Shown: positions 10,834-21,868 of the stretch, piece by piece
Layout of the letters: every line of letters starts with the position of its first letter
Position numbering within the stretch: position 1 is the stretch's first letter
From: an uncultured cyanobacterium
GTDB taxonomy: Bacteria; Cyanobacteriota; Cyanobacteriia; Cyanobacteriales; Cyanobacteriaceae
Assembly (NCBI GenBank): GCA_963710605.1
Contig: CAVQBA010000004.1
Span: 1 to 64,000 of the forward strand
Reading direction: 5' to 3'
Length of the DNA: 64,000 nt
Notes under the pieces: model-generated
Databases searched by the model: none
The model's input: the letters and a program-made list of their open reading frames with translations, nothing else
What the model was told of the DNA's origin: nothing
Position numbers and translations under genes: made by a program

Positions 10834-11104
10834 CTTTGTAAGGGGGGTGATTCGGGGCGTAATTACTCTTGATTTTTTGGTAATCTACCTAAATTATCAA
10901 ATTCGGGGTAGATTATGCGTCTATGTCGATCGTTAATCTTGTCACAATAAAAAGCTTTAAAAATTAAGATTAAGATTTTGTTACATCGTTATCCTGTAAG
11001 CCCTATATCATTAATAAATTAGAAATCATACTCAAAGTATTCTGCTAACATTTTAGGTAGCAATTAATACTATATCCCGCAATTGATAATTGATTTTAGC
11101 TATT

Positions 11105-11614
11105 ATGAATCAATCCACTAAGACTTTTTGTCCTGTACCTACCGAGCAACAACCCATCAATGAGTATCAAGAATTAAAAGAATCATGGTTTTTTAAGTGG
11201 GTAACTTTAAACAAATGGCAGTTTGCCCGTAAACTAACATGGATATGGGCGATGAGTTTATTTATTTGTGCCCCTATTTCCGCCGCTAGTTTTCCACCTG
11301 AAGAAAAGTTATTTGTTTTTTTATTAGCTAGTGCTTTAGGCTCTTCATTGTTCGTAGCTTTTACCCTAATTCGTTTATACTTAGGATGGTCATATATTGG
11401 CGACAGGTTAACTAAAACTAAAATTGTTTATGAAGAATCTAGTTGGTATGACGGACAGATTTGGGAAAAACCTGTAGAATTTTATTATCGAGATCAACTC
11501 ATTTTTAAACATCAAGTTGAACCAATGATTAAACGTTTACAAAAAATAAGTTTATTCCTCATAACCTTGATGGTAAGCGATTTAATTCTTTGTAGTTTAA
11601 TCGAAACACTTTAA
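11105..11614 (+). CDS. CGLD27/Ycf36 (DUF1230) family protein
   Basis: CPVPTEQQPINEY, RLYLGWSY, YEESSWYDGQIWEKP. Confidence 0.9.
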   Translation: MNQSTKTFCPVPTEQQPINEYQELKESWFFKWVTLNKWQFARKLTWIWAMSLFICAPISAASFPPEEKLFVFLLASALGSSLFVAFTLIRLYLGWSYIGDRLTKTKIVYEESSWYDGQIWEKPVEFYYRDQLIFKHQVEPMIKRLQKISLFLITLMVSDLILCSLIETL

Positions 11615-11616
11615 AT

Positions 11617-11647
11617 AATTAACAATTAACAATTAACAATTAACAAT
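11617..11647 (+). repeat. Heptamer tandem repeat (AATTAAC)n; similar STRR-like tracts occur after many stop codons
   Basis: About 4 units here; related tracts near 20044-20070, 23281-23311, 24224-24255 and 38281-38308. Confidence 0.8.
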
Positions 11648-11893
11648 GGATAGTGCTAAGAGTGAATAATTGATAGTAAATGTTTTATTTAAGAAAACTT
11701 AATTAGATATAAATCTTTCAATATCAATCGAAATATATCGATCGTTATCGGTTATTCTTTGATTACAATTATTAACTGCTCTGGCGTTCATTATCAAAAT
11801 TTTGGTATTCACTAAATATCTGCCTATTTTTTAGACAATAAATAGCCTGAAAAAAAATCGAACAATTTTCTTAATAATTTTCAATTATCATTA

Positions 11894-12856
11894 ATGACTA
11901 CATTAAAACGCCCTACTTATCCCCGTTTACAAATAAATCTCCTTAGAGAAGGAATTATCGAATCAATTCATCAATCAGAAGTTGTGGTTGCTGATAACCG
12001 AGGTAGAGTTTTAGCCGTTGCCGGTAATCCAGAAACTTGTTCTTTTATTCGCTCAGCAATGAAACCATTTCAAGCTTTAGCGGTAACGACAACGGGAGTG
12101 ATGGAAACATTTGAACTAAATGATCAAGATTTAGCAATTATTTGTAGTTCTCATCGAGGTAGTATAGAACAAGCCAGACAAGTATTTAATATTTTGTGGC
12201 GTAGTGATATTGAACCGACTTATCTTAAATGTCCTACTCCAGAAGGAAAAGACAGTAATTTACAACATAATTGTTCGGGTAAACACGCAGGAATGTTAGC
12301 TGTTTGTCAAAAAAGAAATTGGAATTTAGATAATTATTATCATCGATCGAATCCTGTACAAACTCTAATATTAAACAAAATAGCCGAATTATTATCAACT
12401 CCTGCGGCGGAAATAATGACAGCCAGAGACAATTGCGGTGCTCCTACTTATGTTTTAGAATTACGACAAATGGCGACTTTATACGCTAAATTAGCTAACG
12501 GTAATAGTATTGACTTAGAAAGAATCGTTCGTGCCATGACAAATCACCCAAATATGATCGCAGGGGAAGGTGCATTTGATACTGAATTAATGATTATGAC
12601 TGATGGTATGTTAGTCAGCAAATCAGGTGCAGAAGGCATACAATGTATTGGTAATGTCGGTCAAAATATGGGTTTAGCTATTAAAACTTTAGATGGTGCT
12701 AAACGAGCTAAATATGCCACCGCAATCCACGTTTTAAGACAAATGGGTTGGATTTCGGCTACTATTGCTCAAAATCTACAAGATAAATTCTTCCGTCTTG
12801 ATGATTATAAACGTCTAGAGGTAGAAGGAGAATTAGAACTTACTTTAAACAATTGA
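11894..12856 (+). CDS. L-asparaginase II family protein
   Basis: RSAMKPFQA, NCSGKHAGML and SKSGAEG motifs. Confidence 0.9.
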   Translation: MTTLKRPTYPRLQINLLREGIIESIHQSEVVVADNRGRVLAVAGNPETCSFIRSAMKPFQALAVTTTGVMETFELNDQDLAIICSSHRGSIEQARQVFNILWRSDIEPTYLKCPTPEGKDSNLQHNCSGKHAGMLAVCQKRNWNLDNYYHRSNPVQTLILNKIAELLSTPAAEIMTARDNCGAPTYVLELRQMATLYAKLANGNSIDLERIVRAMTNHPNMIAGEGAFDTELMIMTDGMLVSKSGAEGIQCIGNVGQNMGLAIKTLDGAKRAKYATAIHVLRQMGWISATIAQNLQDKFFRLDDYKRLEVEGELELTLNN

Positions 12857-12877
12857 CAATTAATAATTTTAACTATT

Positions 12878-13711
12878 GTGGTGGTTGAGTCTTTTTTTTC
12901 AATCTTAGAATTAGAATTTATCCAAAATGCGATCGCCGCTGGTATTTTAGTTAGTATTGCCTGTGGTATTATCGGCACTTTTGTTGTCGTTAATCGGATT
13001 GTTTTTATTACAGGTGGTATTGCCCACTCAGCTTACGGTGGTATTGGATTAGGTTATTTTTTAGGTTTTAATCCTGTAATTGGTGCGATCGCTTTTGCCA
13101 TTTTATCGGGCTTAGGCATGGGTATAGTGGAGCAAAAAACGACAGAAAGGTCGGATACTATTATCGGGACAATGTGGGCAATAGGGATGAGTGTAGGTAT
13201 CATAGCGATCGATTTAACACAAGGATACAAAGCCAACTTAATGAGTTATTTATTTGGCAGTATTTTGGCGGTTACTCGCTCTGATTTAAGTATTATGTTG
13301 GTCTTAGATATTATTATTATTACCGCAGTCTGTCTTTTTTATAAAGAATTACTAGCGATTTCTTTTGATTCTGTCTTTGCCACAACTCGTAATTTACCCG
13401 TACAAACTCTTTATTTGATGCTGATTAGTGCGATCGCATTAACTGTTGTAATGGTAATGCAAGTAGTCGGATTAATTATGGTAATCGCTTTAATGACAAT
13501 ACCCTCGGCAGTTGCCAATCAATTTGTCAAGGAAATAAAACAGATGATGATTTTGAGTGTCTTAATCAGTATTCTATTTATTTTAATTGGTTTGTGGTTA
13601 GCATATATCTTTAATTTAACTTCAGGGGCAACTATTATTCTTGTCTGTGGTAGTGGTTACTTTTTAAGTCTGGCTAAATCAGTTTTTCAACCTAAGCAAT
13701 TACAAAGATAA
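12878..13711 (+). CDS. Metal (Zn/Mn) ABC transporter permease
   Basis: GIAHSAYGGIG, MSYLFGSILAV; ABC-3 family hydrophobic profile. Confidence 0.9.
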   Translation: MVVESFFSILELEFIQNAIAAGILVSIACGIIGTFVVVNRIVFITGGIAHSAYGGIGLGYFLGFNPVIGAIAFAILSGLGMGIVEQKTTERSDTIIGTMWAIGMSVGIIAIDLTQGYKANLMSYLFGSILAVTRSDLSIMLVLDIIIITAVCLFYKELLAISFDSVFATTRNLPVQTLYLMLISAIALTVVMVMQVVGLIMVIALMTIPSAVANQFVKEIKQMMILSVLISILFILIGLWLAYIFNLTSGATIILVCGSGYFLSLAKSVFQPKQLQR

Positions 13712-13730
13712 TTTATAACTAACGATTAAT

Positions 13731-15410
13731 TCATTTTTCTGGGATTGAATCATAAACATAAATTGTTTGAGTTTGTAATTTACCTTTAAGATTATCGATC
13801 GTAATTTGAGTAGAAATATGTTCTCTTTCTAAGCTTACTTGTAATCCTAACATTGGATCTTCACCATCAGCGATTAAAAACTGTAAAGATTTTAATTCAC
13901 TTTCGTGAGAAATCTGTTCGATAATTTGCAAAGTCGCATCTAAATAAGGATGATTATTCGTTTTATACCAATGAGATTCGACTAAATCAGGTTTATCAAA
14001 ACCAAGATGAAAAATCATGGCAGATTGCCCAAATAAAGCAATAGAAACTGGGCGTGTTTCTTCTTGTAAAAATAAATTGTTTTTACGGGCTAATTTACGA
14101 ATATTTTCTAGTTTTTCGTATCTTTGAGTTGGTGTGGTTATGTTATTTTGCCATGTAATTGCGATCGTACACAAGTAACTTTGTAATAAAAGATGACCTA
14201 ATTTTTCGGCTTTAGTAGCTAGATAATTAGAATTATAATCATTAGCTTCGATAAATAAAGGCAAACGTTCGACAATTTCGATGCCATAACCTTTTAAACC
14301 AGCTATCTTACGAGGATTATTAGTAATCAAACGAATTTTGTGAATACCCAAATCACTTAACATTTGTGCGCCCATACCGTAGTCACGTAAATCAGCAGGA
14401 AAACCTAACTTTTCATTTGCCTCGACTGTATCAAAACCTTTATCTTGAAGAGTGTAAGCTTTGAGTTTATTGACTAAGCCGATTCCTCTACCTTCTTGAC
14501 GAAGATAAACAACAACTCCTAAACCAGCATTTTCAATCATTTTTAACGCCGCTTGTAGTTGCATACGACAATCACAACGTAACGAGCCTAAAGCGTCTCC
14601 TGTTAAGCATTCTGAGTGCATTCTTACCATAACAGGTTTTTCACCAAAATCTTCAATATTACCTTTAACAACTGCAATATGTTCGCTATTATTAATCGTA
14701 TTACGATAAGCATAAATCTGAAAATCACCAAATTGACTAGGAAAATTACAGATACTTTCACGATGAACAAAACCGTCATATTTAAGACGATAACTAATCA
14801 AATCAGCAATATTGATTAATTTCAGGTTATGAGTTTTAGCATATTGGGCTAACTGAGGTAAACGTGCCATACTCCCGTCAGCATTTTGAATTTCGCAAAT
14901 AACTCCTGCGGGATATAAACCAGCTAAACGAGACAAATCAACCGCCGCTTCTGTATGCCCTGCCCTTTTCAAAACACCACCTTTTCTCGCTCTTAAAGGA
15001 AAAATATGCCCTGGACGGGCTAAATCTTCAGGTTTGGTGTTAGGGTTAATTGATACTTGAATTGTTTTAGCTCGATCGTCTGCTGAAATACCTGTAGTTA
15101 CACCGAGGTGTTTTGCCGCATCAATACTAACGGTAAAAGCGGTTTGATTACTATCGGTGTTGTTTGTCACCATCAATGGTAAATCTAATTCATCTAGCCT
15201 TTCTCCTGTCATTGCTAAACAGATTAATCCTCTAGCATCTACTGCCATAAAATTGATCATATCTGGAGTAGCAAATTGAGCGGCACATATTATGTCTCCT
15301 TCATTTTCTCTATTCTCGTCATCGACTACAACAATCGCTTTACCTGCTTTTATATCTGCTAAGGCTTCTTCAACGGTATTAAATTCTATCTTATTAATTG
15401 ACACAATCAA
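13731..15410 (-). CDS. ribBA: Bifunctional DHBP synthase / GTP cyclohydrolase II
   Basis: [29 protein letters not shown]...[13 protein letters not shown]. Confidence 0.97.
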   Translation of the reverse strand: MIVSINKIEFNTVEEALADIKAGKAIVVVDDENRENEGDIICAAQFATPDMINFMAVDARGLICLAMTGERLDELDLPLMVTNNTDSNQTAFTVSIDAAKHLGVTTGISADDRAKTIQVSINPNTKPEDLARPGHIFPLRARKGGVLKRAGHTEAAVDLSRLAGLYPAGVICEIQNADGSMARLPQLAQYAKTHNLKLINIADLISYRLKYDGFVHRESICNFPSQFGDFQIYAYRNTINNSEHIAVVKGNIEDFGEKPVMVRMHSECLTGDALGSLRCDCRMQLQAALKMIENAGLGVVVYLRQEGRGIGLVNKLKAYTLQDKGFDTVEANEKLGFPADLRDYGMGAQMLSDLGIHKIRLITNNPRKIAGLKGYGIEIVERLPLFIEANDYNSNYLATKAEKLGHLLLQSYLCTIAITWQNNITTPTQRYEKLENIRKLARKNNLFLQEETRPVSIALFGQSAMIFHLGFDKPDLVESHWYKTNNHPYLDATLQIIEQISHESELKSLQFLIADGEDPMLGLQVSLEREHISTQITIDNLKGKLQTQTIYVYDSIPEK

Positions 15411-15619
15411 TAACTTATTTTTGAGGTAACTAGTTTATACCTTCAATTTTAATCGATTTTGTTAAGAAACTTAAACATTTAGTGAGTGAGGAGTAATTCC
15501 TCATGAGTAATTCGTCATGATGAAGCGTGCAAACGTCTTTATAAGAGTAAGGGTTTACTATTTCAACTAAAGAGTTGATTTGATAAGATTAGACAGTACA
15601 AACAAAACGAAATTTTTAG

Positions 15620-16057
15620 ATGTCAACTTTGGTAATTGAAAAAACTGTCTTAATTACTGCACCAGCAAATGTAGTGTTTGAGGCTTTGACTGATTCAAAG
15701 AAAATTATTCAATATTATCCTCTGGAAAAAGTAATTACTGATTGGCAAGTTGGAGGTGAAATAATTTGTCAGGGAATAAACGAGGGTAAAGAGTTTACTG
15801 ATTATGGCAAGATTGAAATTCTTGAACCTAACCAACAATTTCAGTATAGTTATTGGAGCGATAATCATCAAACTGAAAATATACCTGAAAATTATTTGAC
15901 GATTTGTTATACTCTTGAGTCGGTGGAAGATGGTACGATCGTATCTTTAAAACACAGTAATCTACAATCGTACACTATGTACAACTCTATGTTAGGTGTT
16001 TGGGATTTTCTTTTAGATAGTCTGAAAAACTACACAGAAAAAAACCTTTGTGATTGA
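15620..16057 (+). CDS. SRPBCC/AHSA1-like domain protein
   Basis: I.APA..VFEALTD...W.VGG...LK pattern, 145 aa. Confidence 0.8.
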   Translation: MSTLVIEKTVLITAPANVVFEALTDSKKIIQYYPLEKVITDWQVGGEIICQGINEGKEFTDYGKIEILEPNQQFQYSYWSDNHQTENIPENYLTICYTLESVEDGTIVSLKHSNLQSYTMYNSMLGVWDFLLDSLKNYTEKNLCD

Positions 16058-16144
16058 TTAATTTGTCAAAAAAACGATCTACACTATTACATATACTCAA
16101 TTTTGGCAAAAAAAAACAATCTGGATGTAATTATAATTTGATCT

Positions 16145-16277
16145 TAAGTAGCCCCAATTAATTAAACGTCAAAAAGCTTAAGTTCTTAGTGAGGGCGGGT
16201 TGCCCTTATATTAGTAGCTTTTTATACCCCTAAAGGGGGTAACTACAAACTTTCTTTTATTTAGGTAAAGCTACTTA
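16145..16277. mobile_element. Small MITE-like element with TAAGTAGC...GCTACTTA termini
   Basis: 8-bp terminal inverted repeat; left end TAAGTAGC-n-AATTAAACGT recurs at about 35092. Confidence 0.55.
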
Positions 16278-16691
16278 ACAATAGACATTTTCAGAAAAGA
16301 TTATTAAGTTATCTCTTAGTAATTGATTCTCATTTATATTGAGGTAAAGTAGCATGAATAATTTTACCATCTCTAATAATTTGTCGATCGAGTTATTTAC
16401 CATTTCTGGTACTTGTTGTGATAAACTACAACAATGTCCGACAAGGATGTTCTGTGAAAAATTATATTCGATCGAAAAACAACCATTTGCAGAAAGAAAA
16501 AACTTTTTTTGTCGTAAGATAGAAATTATCCATGCTTAACAAAAGGTTTGATGGGGAAAGATACTAAACAAAAATTAAAGAAATAATTCCCGTATCTTAG
16601 ATAAGAATTGATAGTTAATTTCATTGTCAATTTAGACTAAGCGATGGCGAAGTATGATCAATTGTTTGCCCTTTGCTTAAGAAATAAGATT

Positions 16692-17246
16692 ATGTCTGAG
16701 TCAGAAAAATTACTCTATCGTCGTTCTAATAAAGCACCTTTTGAAAGACGTGCCTATGCTTTTTTAATTGATTTTGTCTTAGTTTGGCTAATTAGTTCGT
16801 TAATTACTAATTTGTTTCTAGAATTTATCGTTTTTCTAATTTTGTGGTTAATTTGTCGAGTGGCAGTAGTCGATAAAAACAAAGGGCAAAGTTTAGGGCG
16901 ATGGGCAATGGATTTAAAAGTAGTTGATTTAAAATCTAGTCGTTTGCCTTCACTAATTACTTTAACTAAAAGAGAAAGTGCTTTAGCTGTGGTTTCCTTT
17001 TTAGCCATGATTGGTTTGAAGATAAATTTTATTGATTTACTATTGATGTTAATTTGTCTTGCCCCGATTATTGCTGATGGAATTGCTACTTTAAGCGATG
17101 ATGAATATAGTCAGTCTTTTCACGATTGATTTAGCGGTACGATTATTACTCAAACACCTCGTGGTTTTTCTTTAGATTTACGCTTTAAAAAACTAATCAG
17201 CCAAACAAGAGAAAAATGGCGTAACAATAGAACAAATAACCAATAA
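16692..17246 (+). CDS. RDD family protein with an in-frame TGA at 17127-17129
   Basis: RRAYAFLIDF, GQSLGRW; the frame continues past the stop as FHD*FSGTIITQTPRGFSLDLRFKKL, where HDR is expected. Confidence 0.8.
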
Positions 17247-17371
17247 CTAGTACAATCAAATAATCGCTCGATTCTTGATCGATAATAGTTTGGAGAAAGA
17301 AAAAGAATCGAGGATGAAATATGATTAATTGCTTTTAAAGCTAATTACTAATTGTTAATTGTTAAATATAT

Positions 17372-18739
17372 ATGGATAAAGCTCATATTATCGGCTTAGG
17401 AAAATCAGGGATTGCTGCGGCTAGATTATTACAACAAAATTCTCACTCAGTAACTATTTATGATAGTTCTCGATCGACAGAATTAGAAAAAATACAACAA
17501 AATTTAGCCACCGAAGGAATAGTAGTTAAATTAGGTCACAATCCCCCTCTAGAAGGAAAAGACAAACCGAAGTTGATAGTAGTGAGTCCGGGAGTACCTT
17601 GGGATATTCCGCCGTTGTTAGAAGCCAGAAAACAGGGAATAGAAACGATCGGCGAGATGGAATTAGCATGGCGTTACCTTCAATCATCTCCTTGGATTGC
17701 GATTACAGGCACTAATGGTAAAACAACCACCACAGCTTTAATCGAAGCGATGTTAAAAGCAGGAGGAATCAATGTTAGTGCTTGTGGCAATATTGGTTAT
17801 GCCGCCTCAGATTTAGCTTTATCTGTCGCTGATGATATTCCTGAGTGGATAGTTGCCGAAATAAGTAGTTATCAAATAGAATCCTCGCAACAACTTTCAC
17901 CTCGTATTGGTATATGGACAACTTTAACACCAGATCATCTTGCTCGTCATAAAACGATCGATAATTATCACCAGATTAAAGCTAGTTTATTAGAACGTTC
18001 TCATTTTAAAATACTTAATGGTGATGATACTTATCTATACAATAATCTGGGTTCAAATCCTCTAAAGTGGAAAAATGTACATTGGACTAGTGTTAAAGGA
18101 AAAGAATATTTATTAGGTGATTTAGAAAAAGGTATTTATATTCAAGACTCTTGGATTGTTGCGTTTAAAGAATTGATTGCTCCAATATCGTTATTCAAAA
18201 TGTTAGGTGAGCATAATATTCAAAACCTTCTGATGGCTGTAGGTGCGGCAAGACTCGCAGGTGTAAGCAAAAATGCGATTGTTGAAACTATTTCTTCTTT
18301 TAGTGTTGTTAAACATCGTTTAGAATTAATCACTACGATCGATGGTATCGATTATATTAATGATAGTAAAGCCACTAATTATGATGCCGCTGAAGTTGGT
18401 TTAAATTCAGTTGCCTCTCCCGTAATTCTCATTGCAGGAGGAGATCCTAAAACAGGTGATGACACAGCATGGTTAAATAAAATTAAGCAAAAATGTGTCT
18501 TGGTTTTGTTAATTGGTGATGCGGCGAAAGTATTTGCCCAAAGACTAGAAGAAATTGGTTATCAGCAATACAAAATCGTCAAAGATATGGAAAAAGCGAT
18601 CGCTACAGCAAAACAACTAGCCCCCCAATATAAAGCTAAAGCCGTATTACTTTCTCCTGCTTGTGCTAGTTTTGATCAGTATCGCAGTTTTGAACATCGA
18701 GGTGATCATTTTCGTGAATTGTGTCTTCGTCAATCATAA
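17372..18739 (+). CDS. murD: UDP-N-acetylmuramoyl-L-alanine--D-glutamate ligase
   Basis: ITGTNGKTTTT, NDSKATN, LLSPACASFDQY. Confidence 0.97.
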   Translation: MDKAHIIGLGKSGIAAARLLQQNSHSVTIYDSSRSTELEKIQQNLATEGIVVKLGHNPPLEGKDKPKLIVVSPGVPWDIPPLLEARKQGIETIGEMELAWRYLQSSPWIAITGTNGKTTTTALIEAMLKAGGINVSACGNIGYAASDLALSVADDIPEWIVAEISSYQIESSQQLSPRIGIWTTLTPDHLARHKTIDNYHQIKASLLERSHFKILNGDDTYLYNNLGSNPLKWKNVHWTSVKGKEYLLGDLEKGIYIQDSWIVAFKELIAPISLFKMLGEHNIQNLLMAVGAARLAGVSKNAIVETISSFSVVKHRLELITTIDGIDYINDSKATNYDAAEVGLNSVASPVILIAGGDPKTGDDTAWLNKIKQKCVLVLLIGDAAKVFAQRLEEIGYQQYKIVKDMEKAIATAKQLAPQYKAKAVLLSPACASFDQYRSFEHRGDHFRELCLRQS

Positions 18740-18791
18740 ATTCGTAGTAAAGACATTAGTCTTTCTATTTATATAAGAGAAACTAGCATCC

Positions 18792-19543
18792 ATGAGGCTC
18801 AAACCATTTTAGAATTAAGACATATTCGTTTAACAACTAGTAACGCAAACATAGTTTTACTTGATGATATTTGTTTGAAAATCGCTACTCAAGAATTAAT
18901 TGGTATTATTGGGGCGAGTGGTGCGGGCAAATCTAGTTTACTCAGATTGTTAAATTATTTGCATAGTCACGATCAAGGAGAATTTTTGTGGGAAAATAAA
19001 TCAATTGAGCAAACCCCGCCTCGACAATTAAGACAAAAAGTAGTCTTAGTACCTCAAGAATCAAAATTGCTAGGAATGGATATACAATCAGCTTTAGTTT
19101 ATCCTCTTCAATTACAAAACTTATCTAAAACAGAAATTCAACAACGATTATCTTGGTGTTTGGATATCTTTGCTATTCCTCAATCATGGTTGTCTCGTCA
19201 TGAAAGCGAATTTTCAGTCGGACAAAGACAATTAATAGCGATCGCTCGTGGTGCTATAATGCAACCTAAAATATTACTTTTAGATGAACCAACATCGGCA
19301 TTGGATTTTCAAAAAGCTAGTTGGCTCAGAAAAACGTTGATTAATTTATCAATAAATCAAAAGATTTCGATCGTGGTGGTTAATCATGATTTAAAATGGA
19401 TAAGTAAATTTGCTCAAAGAGTTATCTTATTAAGTCAAGGTAAAGTAACCGAAGATTTGACAACTAGTCAAATTAACTGGCAAACAATAGAAGCAACTTT
19501 TGCTGAAAATCATGATTTGGATCACGATTTTGATGATTTTTAA
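18792..19543 (+). CDS. ABC transporter ATP-binding protein (true start probably ATG 18792 with a 1-nt lesion; ORF track starts at 18875)
   Basis: GASGAGKS Walker A, FSVGQRQ signature, LLLDEPTSALD; upstream in-frame QTILELRHIRL...LLDDI resembles a normal ABC N-terminus. Confidence 0.8.
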
Positions 19544-19577
19544 CTAAAATACTTAAGCCAAATATGCAATAAAACAA

Positions 19578-20042
19578 ATGAATCAACAAGTATCATATAA
19601 TCCTCGAGATATTGTCATCTTAATCGTTGACGATTTAAAACAAAATTTAAAGCTGTTAAATATAATTCTTGAATCTAATGAGTATCAAACTAGTCTGGCT
19701 TTGAGCGGTAGAGATGCGTTAGAAAGATTAAAAGTACTAACTCCTGATTTAATTTTACTCGACTTAATGATGCCTGATATAAGCGGTTTGGAAGTGTGCA
19801 ACATTATCAAATCTCAAGAAAAATATCAAAGTTTACCAATTATCTTTCTTACCGCTAGTCAAGAAGAAAGTCATTTAAATGAAGCTTATAGATTAGGTGC
19901 GGCTGATTATGTAACTAAACCTTTTCGCAAAGCCGAGTTGTTAACTCGTATAACTACTCAATTAACTATCACGACTCAAGAAAAACATATTGCTCAATTA
20001 AAAACACAAATTCAACAATTAAAAGCAAAGACTAACAATTGA
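19578..20042 (+). CDS. Response regulator receiver protein with coiled-coil tail
   Basis: ILIVDD, PDLILLDLMMP, DYVTKPF. Confidence 0.92.
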   Translation: MNQQVSYNPRDIVILIVDDLKQNLKLLNIILESNEYQTSLALSGRDALERLKVLTPDLILLDLMMPDISGLEVCNIIKSQEKYQSLPIIFLTASQEESHLNEAYRLGAADYVTKPFRKAELLTRITTQLTITTQEKHIAQLKTQIQQLKAKTNN

Positions 20043-20285
20043 TAATTAACAATTAACAATTAACAATTAATCCTTTTTTATAATTACCTACTACTTATTG
20101 CTTATGAGACGATCTATTTTTGATTAACTATATCTTAGCTATAGTTTTGCTTTTTAATACTTGCTTTTAAAATATTTTTTTAATTTTATTATTCGATTGT
20201 CTCCTAAATGTATAATTAGTTACAACATTAATGATTGTTAATTAATTCTCAATTCTTGCACTCTCTCAATTCTCAATTATCTTTT

Positions 20286-21287
20286 ATGGCATTTACCGAA
20301 ACCAACATCAAAGTATCAAAACAGTTATCTCTTTCTACGATGGGGTGTGGTACTTGGGCATGGGGTAATCGTCTTCTGTGGGGCTATGACACGCAAATGG
20401 ACGAACAATTGCAAGAGGTATTTAACCTTTGTGTCGCTAATGGAGTTACTTGGTTTGACACGGGAGATTCTTATGGCACAGGTAAACTAAATGGACGTAG
20501 TGAAAGTTTGTTAGGTAAGTTTGCCAATGAGTATCAAGGAGAAAACAAACAAAATATTACCATCGCCACCAAGTTAGCTGTTTATCCTTGGCGTTTAACT
20601 CCTCAATCAATAATTAACGCTTGTCAAAAATCGGCTTCAAGACTCGATCGACCTGTTGACTTAGTGCAAATGCACTGGTCTCCTGCGAAATACTTACCTT
20701 GGCAAGAAAAACCATTTTGGAAAGGATTAGCTAAATTATCTCAACAAGGATTAGTTAAAGGTATTGGTTTATCTAATTATGGCCCGAAAAACTTACAAAA
20801 GGCATATGACTTTTTTCAGAGTGAAGGAGTCAAAATTAGTACTTTGCAAATACAGTATTCTTTACTTTCTACCTATGGTATCCATGAATTGGGTTTAAAA
20901 CAAATGTGTAATGAGTTAGGTATTCAAATTATCGCTTACAGTCCTCTGACTTTAGGTATTCTAACAGGAAAATATCAAGATATTAATAATTTACCATCTG
21001 GCCCTAGAAAAGGATTATTTAAAGGATTATTACCCAAAATAAAACCTCTATTACAAACACTAGAAGTCATCGCTCAAGAAAACGAAAAAACGATCGCTAA
21101 AGTAGCCATAAACTGGTGTATTTGTCAAGGTACAATTCCCATTCCAGGAGCGAAAAATCTGACTCAAGCTAAAGATAATTTAGGTGCATTAGGATGGCGT
21201 TTATCAAATGCCGAGGTAACAGAATTAGAAACAGTCGCCCTCGGTTTAGAGAAGAAAATGATGCAAAATATTTTTCAAACCAAATAG
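20286..21287 (+). CDS. Aldo/keto reductase
   Basis: MGCGTWAWG, FDTGDSYG, IGLSNY, IPIPGAKN. Confidence 0.92.
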   Translation: MAFTETNIKVSKQLSLSTMGCGTWAWGNRLLWGYDTQMDEQLQEVFNLCVANGVTWFDTGDSYGTGKLNGRSESLLGKFANEYQGENKQNITIATKLAVYPWRLTPQSIINACQKSASRLDRPVDLVQMHWSPAKYLPWQEKPFWKGLAKLSQQGLVKGIGLSNYGPKNLQKAYDFFQSEGVKISTLQIQYSLLSTYGIHELGLKQMCNELGIQIIAYSPLTLGILTGKYQDINNLPSGPRKGLFKGLLPKIKPLLQTLEVIAQENEKTIAKVAINWCICQGTIPIPGAKNLTQAKDNLGALGWRLSNAEVTELETVALGLEKKMMQNIFQTK

Positions 21288-21309
21288 GTAAGTAGCAGTG
21301 AGTATATTG

Positions 21310-21770
21310 ATAGAAACTCGTGACTGACACGATAATTATGATATTTTAAATGAAAGTACAAAAACCGCCTTGAATTAAAATTGCAAGGCTAATAGAATCC
21401 GTTTAATAAATTAAACTCATATTTGAAACCTAAAATTGCCCTTAATTGTTATTTGAAACAACTGTAGCTTAAAAAAGTTTCCCCTGCCTTGGGAAATTTA
21501 GAAGGATAAATGTGTGACGTTATTTTGTGACAATTGTATAACAATTTGTAAGTTTTGAGCGAAAAAAAATTAATTGATATATTCTGTGGTTATGATTTTA
21601 GACATAGATACAGTTATCTTCTCATAACAATGAGACAAATCTAAGTTTTTTTCTTTAAGTTTAATTTATTAAACGCTCTTTAGTTAGCCTTGTCAATTTA
21701 TTGTAAGGCGATTTTTGTACACTCACCTGAAATATTATAATTATTGTGTCAGTATTAATTGAAATGATTA
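21310..21770. repeat. Two degenerate copies of the 156-bp MITE family in inverted orientation
   Basis: CCGCCTTG..CAAGGCTAA..CGTTTAATAAATTAAACT core at about 21310-21464 and its reverse complement at about 21611-21770. Confidence 0.65.
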
Positions 21771-21868
21771 CAATTATCGATTATCAATCTGTATTTACCG
21801 ATCGTAATAGACGATCGTGAGATAGTATGAGTTAAGAAATTTTTTTAGGATATCAATAATTAAATTGT

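Noticed and set aside
16354-16539. 61-aa ORF with several Cys
   Set aside because: Has a GAGGT upstream but no recognisable family; cannot be supported from sequence alone
17127-17129. TGA recoding (Sec/Trp or alternative code) at 17127 and 62551
   Set aside because: Context predicts Arg (CGA), and TGA is a normal stop in many genes here, so a substitution or error is simpler
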